Source: Octopus bimaculoides (Eukaryota). From it: a stretch of 64,000 nucleotides of DNA. The position numbers and the translations under genes are program-made. The stretch spans positions 38,198,347-38,262,346 of the forward strand of contig NC_068984.1 of assembly GCF_001194135.2 (NCBI RefSeq), in the 5' to 3' direction. Shown here in pieces: positions 1-12,090 of this stretch. The notes under the pieces are model-generated. The model did not search any database. It was not told the DNA's origin and worked only from the letters and a program-made list of their open reading frames with translations. The number at the start of each line of letters is the position of its first letter. The first letter of the stretch is position 1.

Positions 1-57
1 CCCACACGTACACACAACGCATGCGAAAGTGAAAACAGAACAAAATGACACCGTTAC

Positions 58-93
58 CTTACGATAGGGGTTTTCTCCGGTTAGTGCCGACAT
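58..93 (-). CDS. Candidate first coding exon (MSALTGENPYRK) of an unidentified gene running off the left edge
   Basis: Minus strand: in-frame TAG two codons upstream of the ATG, 12 codons, then AAG|GTAACG donor. Lies in a CpG-rich region. No homology recognised. Confidence 0.25.
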
Positions 94-2469
94 TTGCTAT
101 CCAATAGTAAGATAGAGGGGTTTATTCAACGTATTACGGCCTTTAAGTGATCTGCTACACTAGAAAGCCACCAAACAGAGCCAACAAGCAGCGGTAAGAA
201 CTCAGCAACAGTGTGAGTGTCAACGAGACATGTGATAAACTGCCAGTCGATGTCGTGTTTCTCAACCCAACACTAACCCACCACTACCTCATTTACTGTT
301 TTTCGGAAAAATAAATAAATAAACAGCTATTCCAATCGACTGATTTTTGGTAGAATTGGTTTCTTTTGTTTTCGTTGCATATCTGCTTTCCTTTTTGTTT
401 CCCTGCATAGAAACATCTTACAAGAATTAGTTCGGCACCTACAGCTGTTATTTATTTATTTATTTATCCCACGTATAGGCTAATGTGTAATAATCACTGT
501 CATCGATACATCGGGCTATATCGGAAAGAAATGCTTATGTAGATTTTTTTTTTACTCATGGAAATGCTGCTGCCTCTAAATAAAAACAGAAAACACTGAG
601 TCATATGTAAATTGAATCAAGTAGTGGAATAATGAGGCATGCTGTGTTTGAATCTATCGGAGATGCATATATATACACACAACCTCTGTAGGTATATTTT
701 AAACACGATGCACATTGCTTCGATCAAGAGTATGAGCAAGAAATAGCTACAAGCGGAAATTGCAACTGAAATACCGACACGAATCGTTGGGAACAGATTT
801 CTAAAAGTACGATCCCACACCTATATAATGTTTTTACATAGGCTTGTAAAGCTTCTGAATTTATAAGAAAGATTTATAATATCAATAATGAGTCTTTTAT
901 TTTGTGTGGTGAAGGGATGTAATCGATAGATTCGGTCACCATAGTAGATGGCCGGTCACAGAAAGGAGGAAGAAATTGGATTCCAGTGAGATTGGAACGC
1001 AGAACAAAACAGGTTGAAAATTATTTAGAAGAGCAAACTATTGATTATTTCTGACTAATAACTCCGCCGATTCAGTGATAGATGTAAATATATGTATCCA
1101 AGCCGCTCTCTCTCTCTCTCTTTCTCTCTCCGATTTCAAACTACATAGAGTGATCTTATTTAACCAATTTTATCATCACTACACTGAACTCCGTAGAAAC
1201 ATGTCAATATTAGAGGGAGAAAAGATTTAGAGAAAGAGCGACATAGTCAAAAAGAGGGACACAAGAAGAAAGGAAGGAAGAAATAAAGTGAATGATAAGA
1301 TTAATATGAAAAATACTTGAGAGAATGTGAAAAGGAAGAGAAAGTGATAGCAAAAGATGAAAAGGGGGGGGGGGGAGAATTTAGTGATGAGGCTTTTATT
1401 TATTTATATAATTATTTACGGTCACCTGATGTCGCAAATCTGGCATTACATATGTACTGACTCGCCCTACAAGGAGAGGCCAGAGCCAAATAGATAAATA
1501 TACTGATTTACGTAGACAAACATAGAAGGATAGAAGGAAGAACAGATATAAATAAAGATAGGAAGGTAAATAGTGATACAGATACACATACAATCAAACA
1601 GGCAGGCGGAAAGACGAACTGACAGGCGAAAGATTAAAACAAGAAACATACTTGTAGAAAGGCGATGAAGAGACAGTGAGACTGTCAGACATACACCGGC
1701 AATCAATCAGATAATACAGACAACAGCAGTAAAGGTAATGCAATATGTTATGGTGGTAGTAGTGTTGGTATTGATGATGGTGTAGCACGATGCTGAGGTT
1801 AGCTGCGATGGTGATATTGTTATAAAATCAATGGAAACAACATTTCATAACTTTATTGCAGTTTACACACGTTAGAAGAAAAGAAAACAAACGTATATAT
1901 ACGCCAACGAAGGAGCATTTATGTAGTCACTCTCTCGGTTAGAAAAAGCAGTCAAGTTGCCCTTAAACTACAATCTACTATCTTGAAGAGAGGAACACAT
2001 TGGATAAAGTAGTTTTCGATACGCAATGGCTCGAGCAGATAGTCATGGTTGGAATGTATTTGATCATAATTCTAGTCAGCTTTGGGTTAACAAGGAGCAG
2101 AACACACAATTACATACTATAAGCGCATACATTTAATTTGTGATATTAAACCAACTTCTTATATTGTTTTTGCTATTTTTATGTCAGAAATTAGGCCGTC
2201 GGGACAGCTGTAATGATGACGACGATGATGCGCTTCATGGTAGTGGAGTCAGGTATATTTTTGGAAAGTCACAACAACGATTCTGATTTGAAAACAGGAA
2301 GCAAAGTAAAGATTCTGATTGATCCAATTAAATCAATCCCTAGTATTATTCATCGATTTCTTTCTTCCAGCTACGCTTAGTCATTTCGCAGCGGAAATTA
2401 CTTTCAGAAAATAAAGGAAAGAACTTTGGATTTAGTAAAAATGCATCCAGTCGGGCTCTTCGGTAACCT

Positions 2470-2665
2470 GTGGGAGTTTCTATGCGATCGTTCAATTTGC
2501 TAGAAACAACCGCTAAATCTCCTTTGAATCATATTCTACCGTTTTAGAAAAAGACGGACACGTTGAACAATGCAGCTCTTAGACGTGATGTACATAAGTG
2601 GAAAACTTTTAATCATAGCTCCACGCGATTAGGGTCTACCTGGGGCCAAAACAACAACAACAACA
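2470..2665 (+). mobile_element. SINE-like repeat, family C, (AAC)n tail
   Basis: Core gatcgttcaatttgctagaaa...tttaatcatag...acctggggccaaaacaacaacaac. Diverged copies recur near 1940-2100, 4350-4620(-), 5480-5700(-), 18700-19025, 44170-44340(-), 54480-54635 and 60650-60820(-). Confidence 0.55.
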
Positions 2666-3805
2666 TCTTAAATGTACAAATGCATTCATACATTTGAAAA
2701 ACCGTTTCAACAGCATTATAGGCTCTAAACAGCTAGTCACGGCTCGTAGATAAAATTAGTGGGGGAGCTGCTTCAGAAAATTGTTAGCCGTTGCTGATCG
2801 ATTTGCGTTTTAGCCACTGCCGGGTAGTGAATTTAATTTGTTCATTGAACATCGCCGCGAATTTCCCCTAGTTTTTCAAAAATCCACCCTAAATCATAAG
2901 ATAAGGGGTGGAGGAATCTGCCCGATTTTTCAAATCCTGGCAGCAACAATGAAGCTGGAAGCAGAACAATAATCTAATTCTACACTTTATCACATTCAAG
3001 AATATAAACACGTTTTTAAGCACAACACACATGGAGTCAAAAAGAAACACTACCTTTCACCGGCACTGCGTGAACGACAGTGCTTTCTCTCCTTAGCGTG
3101 AAGCTTCCTATCTCGGACATGTGAGCATGCGCACACAGCCAAACACCACGTCGCTGGAACTGTGAAGCGCACAGTTCGATACAAGGATTTTTATATCTTT
3201 TGTTTTCATAAACTAAAGGATGGCTATTGACATCAAGCTTAAGGATTATATAATGTACAAATAAAAAGAAATAATTTTAAAAAAGGACTCATTACATTGA
3301 ATGCTATCGATAATATCGAGTGGAAATAGGGGGAGGGGTGCTGCAGTTCCGCAGTGTCTATATACGAGCCGCCCTGTTGCCCATGTCTTAAGACGACACT
3401 GTACACAATCTAATGAGTGAAACAAGTAAATATGATAAAAGAATAAGTCCATGTGTTCCAAATTTAGCTAAAACTTAACCTTCTCTTACTCATTTCCGTC
3501 ACTAGACCGCAGCCATGCTGGAGCATCAAATCGACCTCAGTACTTATTTTTTTTTGTTTTTTAAGTTTGATACTTATTCTGTCGGTCTCTTTTGTCGAAC
3601 CACTAGGTAATACCGGTTGTCAAGTGGTGGGGGGAGGAGAAAGACACAGACACATATACATACGACGGGATTCTTTTCATTTTCCATCTTTCATATCCAC
3701 TCACAAGTCTCAGAGCTAAAGTAGAAAACACCGAAGAAACCATGCAACACCACTGAACCCGAATCTTCTTACTACGCAGCCATGTCCGCTTATAATAACA
3801 TAAAT

Positions 3806-4020
3806 TAGGCGGCGAGCTGGCAGAATCATTAGCACGCTGGGTGAACTGCTTAGCGGTATTTCGTCTGTCTTTATGCTCTGAGTTCAAATTCCGCCGAGGT
3901 CGACTTTGCCTTTTATCCTTTCGGGGTCAATAAATTAAATACCAGTTGCGTGTTGGAGTCGATCTAATCGACTGCCCCCTCCCCAAAATTTCGAGCCTTG
4001 TGCCTAGAGTAGAAAAGAAT
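3806..4020 (+). mobile_element. tRNA-derived SINE, family B
   Basis: Starts ggcggcgagctggcagaatc; B-box-like gagttcaaattcc; core gaggtcgactttgccttttatcctttcggggtc. Near-identical copies at 48082-48295 and 58287-58500. Confidence 0.8.
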
Positions 4021-5143
4021 AATATAAATTAGTTATATACTTTTCTTTCTTTTACTTATTTCAGTCATGGGATTGCGGCCACGATGGAGCACCACCTTGA
4101 ACGGTTTAGGCGAGTAAATCGACTCTAGTACTAATTTTAAAGCCTGGTAGTTATTCTAAATCCCTAAGTTACGAGGACGTAAACAAACAAATACCGGTTG
4201 TCTAGAACTGGGAGACACACCCAAAGGCGAATACATTCACACATCTATATACTTATAACAACGGGTTTCCAGTTTTCGACCACCAAATTCACTCTTAAGG
4301 CATTGGCCGACCTGGAGCCAGCGTAGAAAACACTTGTGCATGGGCAATAGAGAGAGCCTGTAGGTGCACTTAACTTGGACAGAGCTAGTAACTATTCGGA
4401 GAGATGACTTTAGCTTTAGTTCAAAGTGGTCTAGATGAACTATCGTCAGAGAGTGAGTCCTGACATTTGTAGAGACTAGATGTGAGCGAGTTTATTAAAG
4501 CGGTTGTCGTTGAAGCACCAGATCATTCCTGATCAAGTAGAACTATGATCACAAAGCATTCCAACCATAACCATCCCGTCTTTGTACTAGTATATAGGAC
4601 TACATTATGTAATAAGGAATATTTAGTTGACATTTCTAACAAGTCGGAAAACCTAGTTCGGTAGACAGTGCTGTTCATCACCTAAATCTTGTGACTATAT
4701 AAAAGTTCCTTCACAGACTAAACAAATGCTTTAGAAGTTAACATTGCTAAACCGGTGTTACTGTTAACATGGCTATAACTGGTGCACACTGCGAGCTGAA
4801 ACCGTAATCCTTGTTTAATTTACGTTAGATGATCCCATAATAACAGATGAATATACATACATTTTGTTTCTCCAATAAATCTAAATTCAGATCGAGGTTA
4901 GCCTTGCATTCTGTATATGGACGAACCAAACACTTTAAAATCTAACGACCCAGTTCACTTAACTGTAAATAGATGCCACAACTACAGTTCATCATTTTAT
5001 GAATCAACAACTCTGTATTGGGGATATCTTGGAGTTTGCAATCCTATAGGTTATAGGCAGAGTCGACTTTAGTTGAAGTGGGGCTCTAGGTTATTTCACC
5101 TGTTAGGTCCCTCCCAATCCCCACCCTCACAACTAGAATTATA

Positions 5144-5301
5144 GGTAATTTTTCAGATTAACACCCGCACGATTACCTAACCCTAAACCCTTACCCTAAC
5201 TCTGACCATAAAACCGTAACCCTAACACTAACCCTAAACCTAAAACCGTAACCCTAACACCCTAGTGAAAATCGTGCGGGTGTTAATCTGAAAAAATTAC
5301 C
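5144..5301. mobile_element. MITE with 31-32 bp TIRs and 8-bp TSD (Merlin-like); internal telomere-like CCCTAA repeats
   Basis: Left TIR ggtaatttttcagattaacacccgcacgatt (5144-5174) and right TIR aatcgtgcgggtgttaatctgaaaaaattacc (5270-5301). Flanked by gaattata at 5136-5143 and 5302-5309. GG termini plus an 8-bp TSD fit the Merlin superfamily. Confidence 0.75.
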
Positions 5302-7647
5302 GAATTATATTATACACCTTGGCCAGAATACTCTGACTTCTGTCAGCTGGCCAAACTTAGAGGTAAACTCACCAATGGTTAAAGGACACACTATGATAAA
5401 TCCTAAGCATTGTTGACAATATAGAAGTGAAGTGAGTTCTCAACGAGCAGAGGATTCGAATCGGTTCTCATCTTATTTTACTTAAATCGCTGTTTAGGCT
5501 CAAACCCGTCTTGATCAAGCAGACCTATGGTCAAAAGCACTCCAATTGTGACTATCTGGTGTTTGTTTTTAATACATATAATATATATAGGATTATGTCG
5601 TTACTATATTATTCAACGTACTTTTCTTTGAAGATAGTGATTTGGAAGAGATCTTACTGCTATTTCTTTTAGCTCTAGCGACCACGTAGATCTTCTACAC
5701 TGGCTCGTTGATATCGCCGATGTTCTTTAGAAAGGTACTAACATCACATAATCTTATTTTCTATACACTGCACACCTAAACCCTTGTATTAATGTAACTA
5801 ATCGATAATGCTATTAGAAATTGCTCAGCTGATAATAAAACTATAAAAGAACGCGAACAAAAACAGGTTCGTCGAACTGGCTTAGTACAAAAGTACCCAC
5901 TACAAGCTGTACGGCTAGTACCAAACAAGTTAAGGAACCAACCTTCACTTCACTCTGTTTCCTCCCCCATGTGACAACCGTTTATGAAAAGCTCTTTCAT
6001 CAAGAATTTTAGACACTGGCTAAATTTCAATATAAATCGATCAATTATTAATTTATTATTATATTTTAATTAACTGTTTAATCTTGTATATTGTTTTCAA
6101 TCAACGCCACAAATATCACTGCTGCTCTCTAAACACCGCCATCGTCTCCTCACCGTCATCATCATCATTGTCGCCATCAACGTCGTCGTCACAACCACAA
6201 CAACAACGATCGCGAAGACGACCGTTGTCGCTTCTATAGCGAGCATTACAATAGCCGGCAATGTCTCTGACAACACCAATCATGCAGTCACGCTGCTAGC
6301 ACTATAGCTATCATTCATAACGCGCACGTTCTCTCTGTCTTCCCCCCCCCTTCTCTCTCTCTCTCTCACACACACACACAACACACACGTACATACAAAC
6401 CGCCTCATTTACCATTGTTGATCGATAGATCTAGATGAAATAGATCCCTGTTAGAAACAGCAGACGTACCTCCTTCGAACTACACTTTATCGTCTTAAAT
6501 AAAGGACACGGCTAATTGTACTCCTAAACACTGTCTTAAAGTGACGGCATGTTCACGATTGGATGGCTTTTGTTTGTCTTGTTAAGCAAGTAGAACATTC
6601 TTTGGTGATGATGTGTATAAGACCGAAGCGTATAATTTGCTTTCGCCAGTTGTGTTCCACCTGGGGCAAGTGCTTTGCAGTAGGGCTTTTCTCGCGCGAC
6701 GTACACGGCATTCAGAGAAATACAAATTATTAAATATCTAAGCTGTAAACCTTGAACATTTACAAGAATTATATTGATTAATTTTTCGCAGTAAAGTTTG
6801 ACTACCCAGGCAAGTATTAAACAAAATATTTTTTCACCGGAAATGTATTTTCAAGTTTTAAAGAGGATCCAAAAAGTGTGACGTATGTGACATCGCACAA
6901 AATAACATTTTTTATCACCTGAAAAATATTAACTGCTAATTCCTCTGAATTTCTCCAGAGGAGCATAAAAAGTCTCATTGGCCTTGTAATTTCAAAAACT
7001 GCTAATGGAATTTTCTGGACAACAATGTCTGCCGTCACAATTCTCATTTACCTGGCGTAACGTGCTAACAAAAATGGCTGTGACGTTTTCAAGGAAGAAC
7101 TGGTCCCATTATCGATATCTAGTGGAAAATTAACCACTTCAACATACCATTATAGGATTATGATGATTCTTCTGAGCATTCTTTTTTGAAAACCTGATTT
7201 GGTTTAACTTTTTTTTACTATGGAAAGCAGATATATCCGTTCAGAATTTCGTTACCCTTAATTGCGAAAGCAGTTTTATATACCAATCTATCCTTTTGAG
7301 GAATATCATGTTTGAAATTATTTTCTGTAGAAATATGTCGAGTTTATTGAGCCAACGTGACTTATAGGAAATACCAATTCTATTTTTTGGTTGATATCTA
7401 ACATCATTACTAATATGAAATTTAATTTCGCAGTGAAAAGGTTAACTTTCATGAGAGTAGCTCAGTAAGGCTGGGCGATCGCACGGGACGCTAAAATCAG
7501 GTGGGAGCGTCACAGATAGCTTATACATCCAATTAAAAACACGGATGTTTCGTAATAAAGATATCAGGTGAAGTCATTCCTGGAACAAAGAAGAACGAAG
7601 GAGGATGTGGGTGGACATCGTGTGATGTATGACCAATCAGCTGATTT

Positions 7648-8015
7648 GGCATGTTTCGTGTGGCTAAGAAGCTCGCCTTGAGCTATGTGGTCTCGAGTTC
7701 AATCTCACTGCACAGCACTTTGGGCAAGTATCTTCTACTATACTCCCGGGTCGACCAATACCTTGTAAATGAATTTGGCAGACAGAAACTGCGTGGAAGC
7801 CCGTTGTACATACGCACACACATACGTGTGTGTTTGTCCCCATTCCGCTTGACAAACGGTATTAGTTTAGTCCCCGTAACACAGTGCTTCGGTAAAAGAG
7901 GTCGATAAAATAAGTTCCAGACTTTAAAAATGGGTATAGGGATCGATGTGCTCAACTAAACATACTATACAGTGCTTCAGCATGGCCTCAGTTCAATCGT
8001 GGAAACAAAGAAGAT
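7648..8015 (+). mobile_element. tRNA-derived SINE, family A (diverged)
   Basis: Shares gggcaagt..cttctacta, tttggcagacagaaactg, gtttgtcccc and ccccgtaac..agcggttcgg blocks with the copy at 33304. Confidence 0.75.
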
Positions 8016-10109
8016 AAGAGAGCTACTTCTTTTCTTTTTCTTTTTTTACTTGCCTTATCTAAAAGAAGGGGTAGTGTTCATGACCTTTGCTGGCCCTCAA
8101 ATGTGATAAAGAGGCAAAAAGGTATCCTGAAACCAGAGTGGGCTCCGCTAAAAGCATCCAAAGTGCCAAGTAGTGGCGTTAAATCGGCCGACGAATTATG
8201 TCTACCATCTAAAAGCCACGACGATATTTGAACTCATGACGCAAAGAGCCGAAACAAATATTGACGTTCTCAAAGTCCCGTCAATCCACTGCTGTGGACT
8301 TGTATGTTTCTATCTTAAATACTCTGAAAGGATGAAAAGCGAAGTTAACTTTAGTAGGATTTGAACTCGGAGCAAATACAGTGAAACATTCAAGCCGATG
8401 CATTAACAACTCTGCCAATTCGCCGCCTCGATAATATGACAGGACATATTTTTCGGCTTTTTTCTCAGCTGGTATAATACTGATGATGGTTGGAGGATGT
8501 AAAAAACAATTGGAGACGGCTCATTGTAGAACTAGGAGAACGGGAATTATTGTGTAAAGCTAGGAACAGAAGCGCACTTTGCAAGAATTGCCTTTTGGCG
8601 CTGAATATCCTGCTCCCATCTGCATGGCCCATATTTTCGAAAAATTTCGATAAAGTGATCTTATATCTTGCTTGTTGTTTTAGATTACAAATATCGAATG
8701 AATGCTTCTGTCTTCTGTTTGCACATATAGTTTCAGTTATTCAAAAATTTTAAACTAATATATGTGTCATTATGTTTATTTGTATTTACTTGACAACATT
8801 TTCATCGGGTATTATTTTCCTTCGGTTTTAATTGCGCTGCTAAAACATCACACCCTTTCACGTCTTTTGCTCTTGTCTCTTTATACTTGTAATTGTATAG
8901 ATGAATGAAGACGGTCAGACACACACACACACACAGGTACTGGTATAAATGGAAGAACCACAATTTAAGGTTAAGTACTCACTAAGACCCGTAAAGAACA
9001 AACATTTGCTCGTTCAGATAATAACACAGACAGTTGTGCTGTTTCTTAACTCAAAAGACTATCCCTGTCGTGTAGCCGGTTTTTCAAGAAAAATACTATG
9101 TCAACTCCTAATTCTGTTGCAGTGAGAGACCGGCCGCTCGCGCACGCATATCATATATACATATCTATCTCCCTCTGTGTGTGTGTAATACTATCGCTTT
9201 CTTCCGCAGTTTTCATCTGCTGAATTCCCGAGACTTAGCCAAAGTGTCACACAGAAGGATCAAACCTGGAACCATGTGGTTACAAAACCAACTTTTTAAT
9301 CACATAGCTATGCAATATGTATGGATAGAATGCAAGCATATACCGTATAGTCTTCGAAGTGATGACTAACACACAGAGACGTGCAAGCTAAATATTTATC
9401 CTACGAATTAGTGCGTTAAATCTGGTCAGTTAATGAAACCTATATCATCAGTATTGGCCTGATTAACATGTGATCAGCTTTATCGATTAAATGTAGATGG
9501 GAATAAAAGCTGGTGTGCTAAAGTGCTTAAGTGTTTTAGCGAAAGTGAAACGAAGAGAAAGATTTAAGTTGCATTAGATTCAGAATCGAAATAACGTTGC
9601 TGGCTTTGATCGCTGGGAGGTCAGCTTTTACTCTATAGCGATCAACAGGCGCACGCGCGCGAGCACACACACACACGCATTTTTTTCCTGCATTCTCTTT
9701 CTCTTTTTCTTTCCGTAACGTGTATGTGTACACGTGTGTATAAATATACATGTATGTATATGTATCTATGGTATTTGTGTATACCTGCCATACCTGCATA
9801 CATACATATGCGTGTGTGTGTGTGTGTGTATAGGTCTGGTAGTATAATCATTGAGAAAATTAAAGGAAAAGAATTCACTTCATAACGTAGAGTATAGTTT
9901 ATATTTGTTCTCTACAGCATACTACTCATTCGAGTATATGTATGTTTATATGCGTGTGAGTGTGTCTTATTGAAACAACGTGTGGTGAATGTTCTAAGAT
10001 AGACATGAATATCATTTTGAATAAAAATGTCATGTTTAAATTGCAGTACAGAAGCTTCGAATCAGAGGAAATTGTAAAACAAAAATGGCAAATACAGACA
10101 TCCATACAT

Positions 10110-10158
<49 letters not shown>

Positions 10159-11214
10159 GACAAAATGGAAACTTACTTTCTCACTTTTTTATGATTGGTA
10201 ACAACGATTCGGCGATTGAAGAAATTTCCTTGTCTCCTAAGTTCAATGAATGATAATGAATAAGAGTAGAGGTTAGTAAGAACGTTTGTAAATGTTGTAT
10301 GAGTGTGCGCGTGTGATATACTATTTTCTTTAGTTGGAGATTTCTTCCAGTAATATATATAAATACACAAAAATTTACTCGTATAAATATACTTGAATGT
10401 AATGTGTATGTATTGAACGCGTGTTTGTATTAGAAAAGTGTATTGTCAGAAAAAGGAAAGCGTGAGAGGTTATGGATAGCTTAAAGTGAAAATGAAAGTA
10501 TATTCGAAGTGTGACGACCAGTTCCAGACTTCTTGTTTTTTTTTTTTTTTTAGATTCTGTCGCTTTCGACTCTTCGGAAATCACGAAATTTTCACATGTC
10601 CAGAAGACAGATCAGTCAATAAATCTCCCGTAATGTATTCTGGAGTGTCCCATCTATACTGACGTTATGTGGTTAGTAGCACTACGTGGACTGGTATTTC
10701 CTCTCTAAACTGCATGGCTATCAACTTCATCATTGTTGATGTAGGAATTCCGTCGTTCATAAAAAAAATAACTTGACCGAATATTCCGAGGCTAACACAA
10801 ATCGATTAGCTTATCCTATATTGTTGTCAATATCATATCGAACATGATGACGTGATGGGTCTTGTATGGCTATAAAGACTCTCTGGAAAGAGTTGTATTA
10901 CAACTCTACAAGTAGTTCTAATTAAACGCTGTTTCTTAGTCTTCTTGAGCAACAGCTATGAAAATACACTTTGATGTATTCAGCTGTTTATATATATATA
11001 TAAATATATAAAAGAGTATCTAGCAAAACCGATTGTTAATTATATAATTAAATCGAAGTGGCAGTTTCACAGAGGCAAATACGATGATACCGTAAAAGTG
11101 AGGCTGGAAGCTGATGACGTTGGTTATCTCTTTATATAGTAGTAATTTCCATTCATATATTTCGTCATTCACAAAAAGAAAAGAAAAAGAGCAGAGAAAG
11201 AAAGAAAGAAAGTA

Positions 11215-11282
11215 AAATTGCTAATTTTGGCGCCAGAACTATTTTCATCCGGTAGCATCTTTACTGAATATCGAAAGTAAAA
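11215..11282 (+). promoter_or_regulatory. Candidate promoter / non-coding first exon at the CpG boundary
   Basis: E2F-like ttttggcgcc (about 11226-11235) followed about 45 bp later by a possible donor gaaa|gtaaaa. CpG depletion begins just downstream. Confidence 0.25.
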
Positions 11283-12090
11283 AAGTATTATATTACTAAT
11301 TTATTCGATCTTCTCTTAGGGATTTTCAGTAAAATAATTTGTTTCCCTTTTTTTTCTCATTCCCCTCACCCACTCCCTCTGAATATATGAAGAAAGAATA
11401 CTTCCATGTATGAATATATACATACGTATATGCATATATTATATACACAGATATGTATATATATGTTTGTGTACTTATAAATGTGTGTATATGTATGTTG
11501 ATATGCATGTATATAGGTACATGTGTGTATATATATGTATGTGTATATATATATGTATATATATATATATATGCTTGTATGTATGTATAGTGTTGATTTC
11601 ATAAGAATTTAGAAGCTTCAATAGGGTTGAATCCCTGGTGTTGAGGGAAGAATGGATTTCAGAAAAACCTACCATAACGTGAAATTTACCACTCTTGTAA
11701 AAGGCTCTTAGTCATCCCTGTCTTCTTATTTAAAACCAAATGAGATGCAAATTAAGCTTTGCATAACCTGTAAGGTCCTTAGATTTCTGAAATGATACGC
11801 AAGTTGGGGGCATTAATTCCCTATTATCAGTTGTATTTCCTCCCAGAAGAAACATCAGATGATTTTTTAGAGGCATTAAATCCTGGTTATGTTTTTTTTT
11901 CTTTTCCAAAGAATAAAAATTCTAGCAGGCATAAGTTTCTAGAAAAGTGCAGACTGTGTCTTCAATTAGTGGTCATACCTTATTCTCATAAGCACAAAAT
12001 CCCATCGTAATCTGAGGAAGCCTGTGTGTGTGTGTGTGTGTGTAGATAGATAGATAGATAGATAGATAGATATATTATATATATATATAT

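Noticed and set aside
5175-5269. True telomere or chromosome fusion site
   Set aside because: The tract is short, degenerate and enclosed by TIRs and a TSD, so it is part of a MITE.
5330-5362. AKLR(G)|gtaaac as the end of the preceding BBS5 exon
   Set aside because: The upstream residues (SDFCQL) do not resemble BBS5 and the acceptor context is poor.
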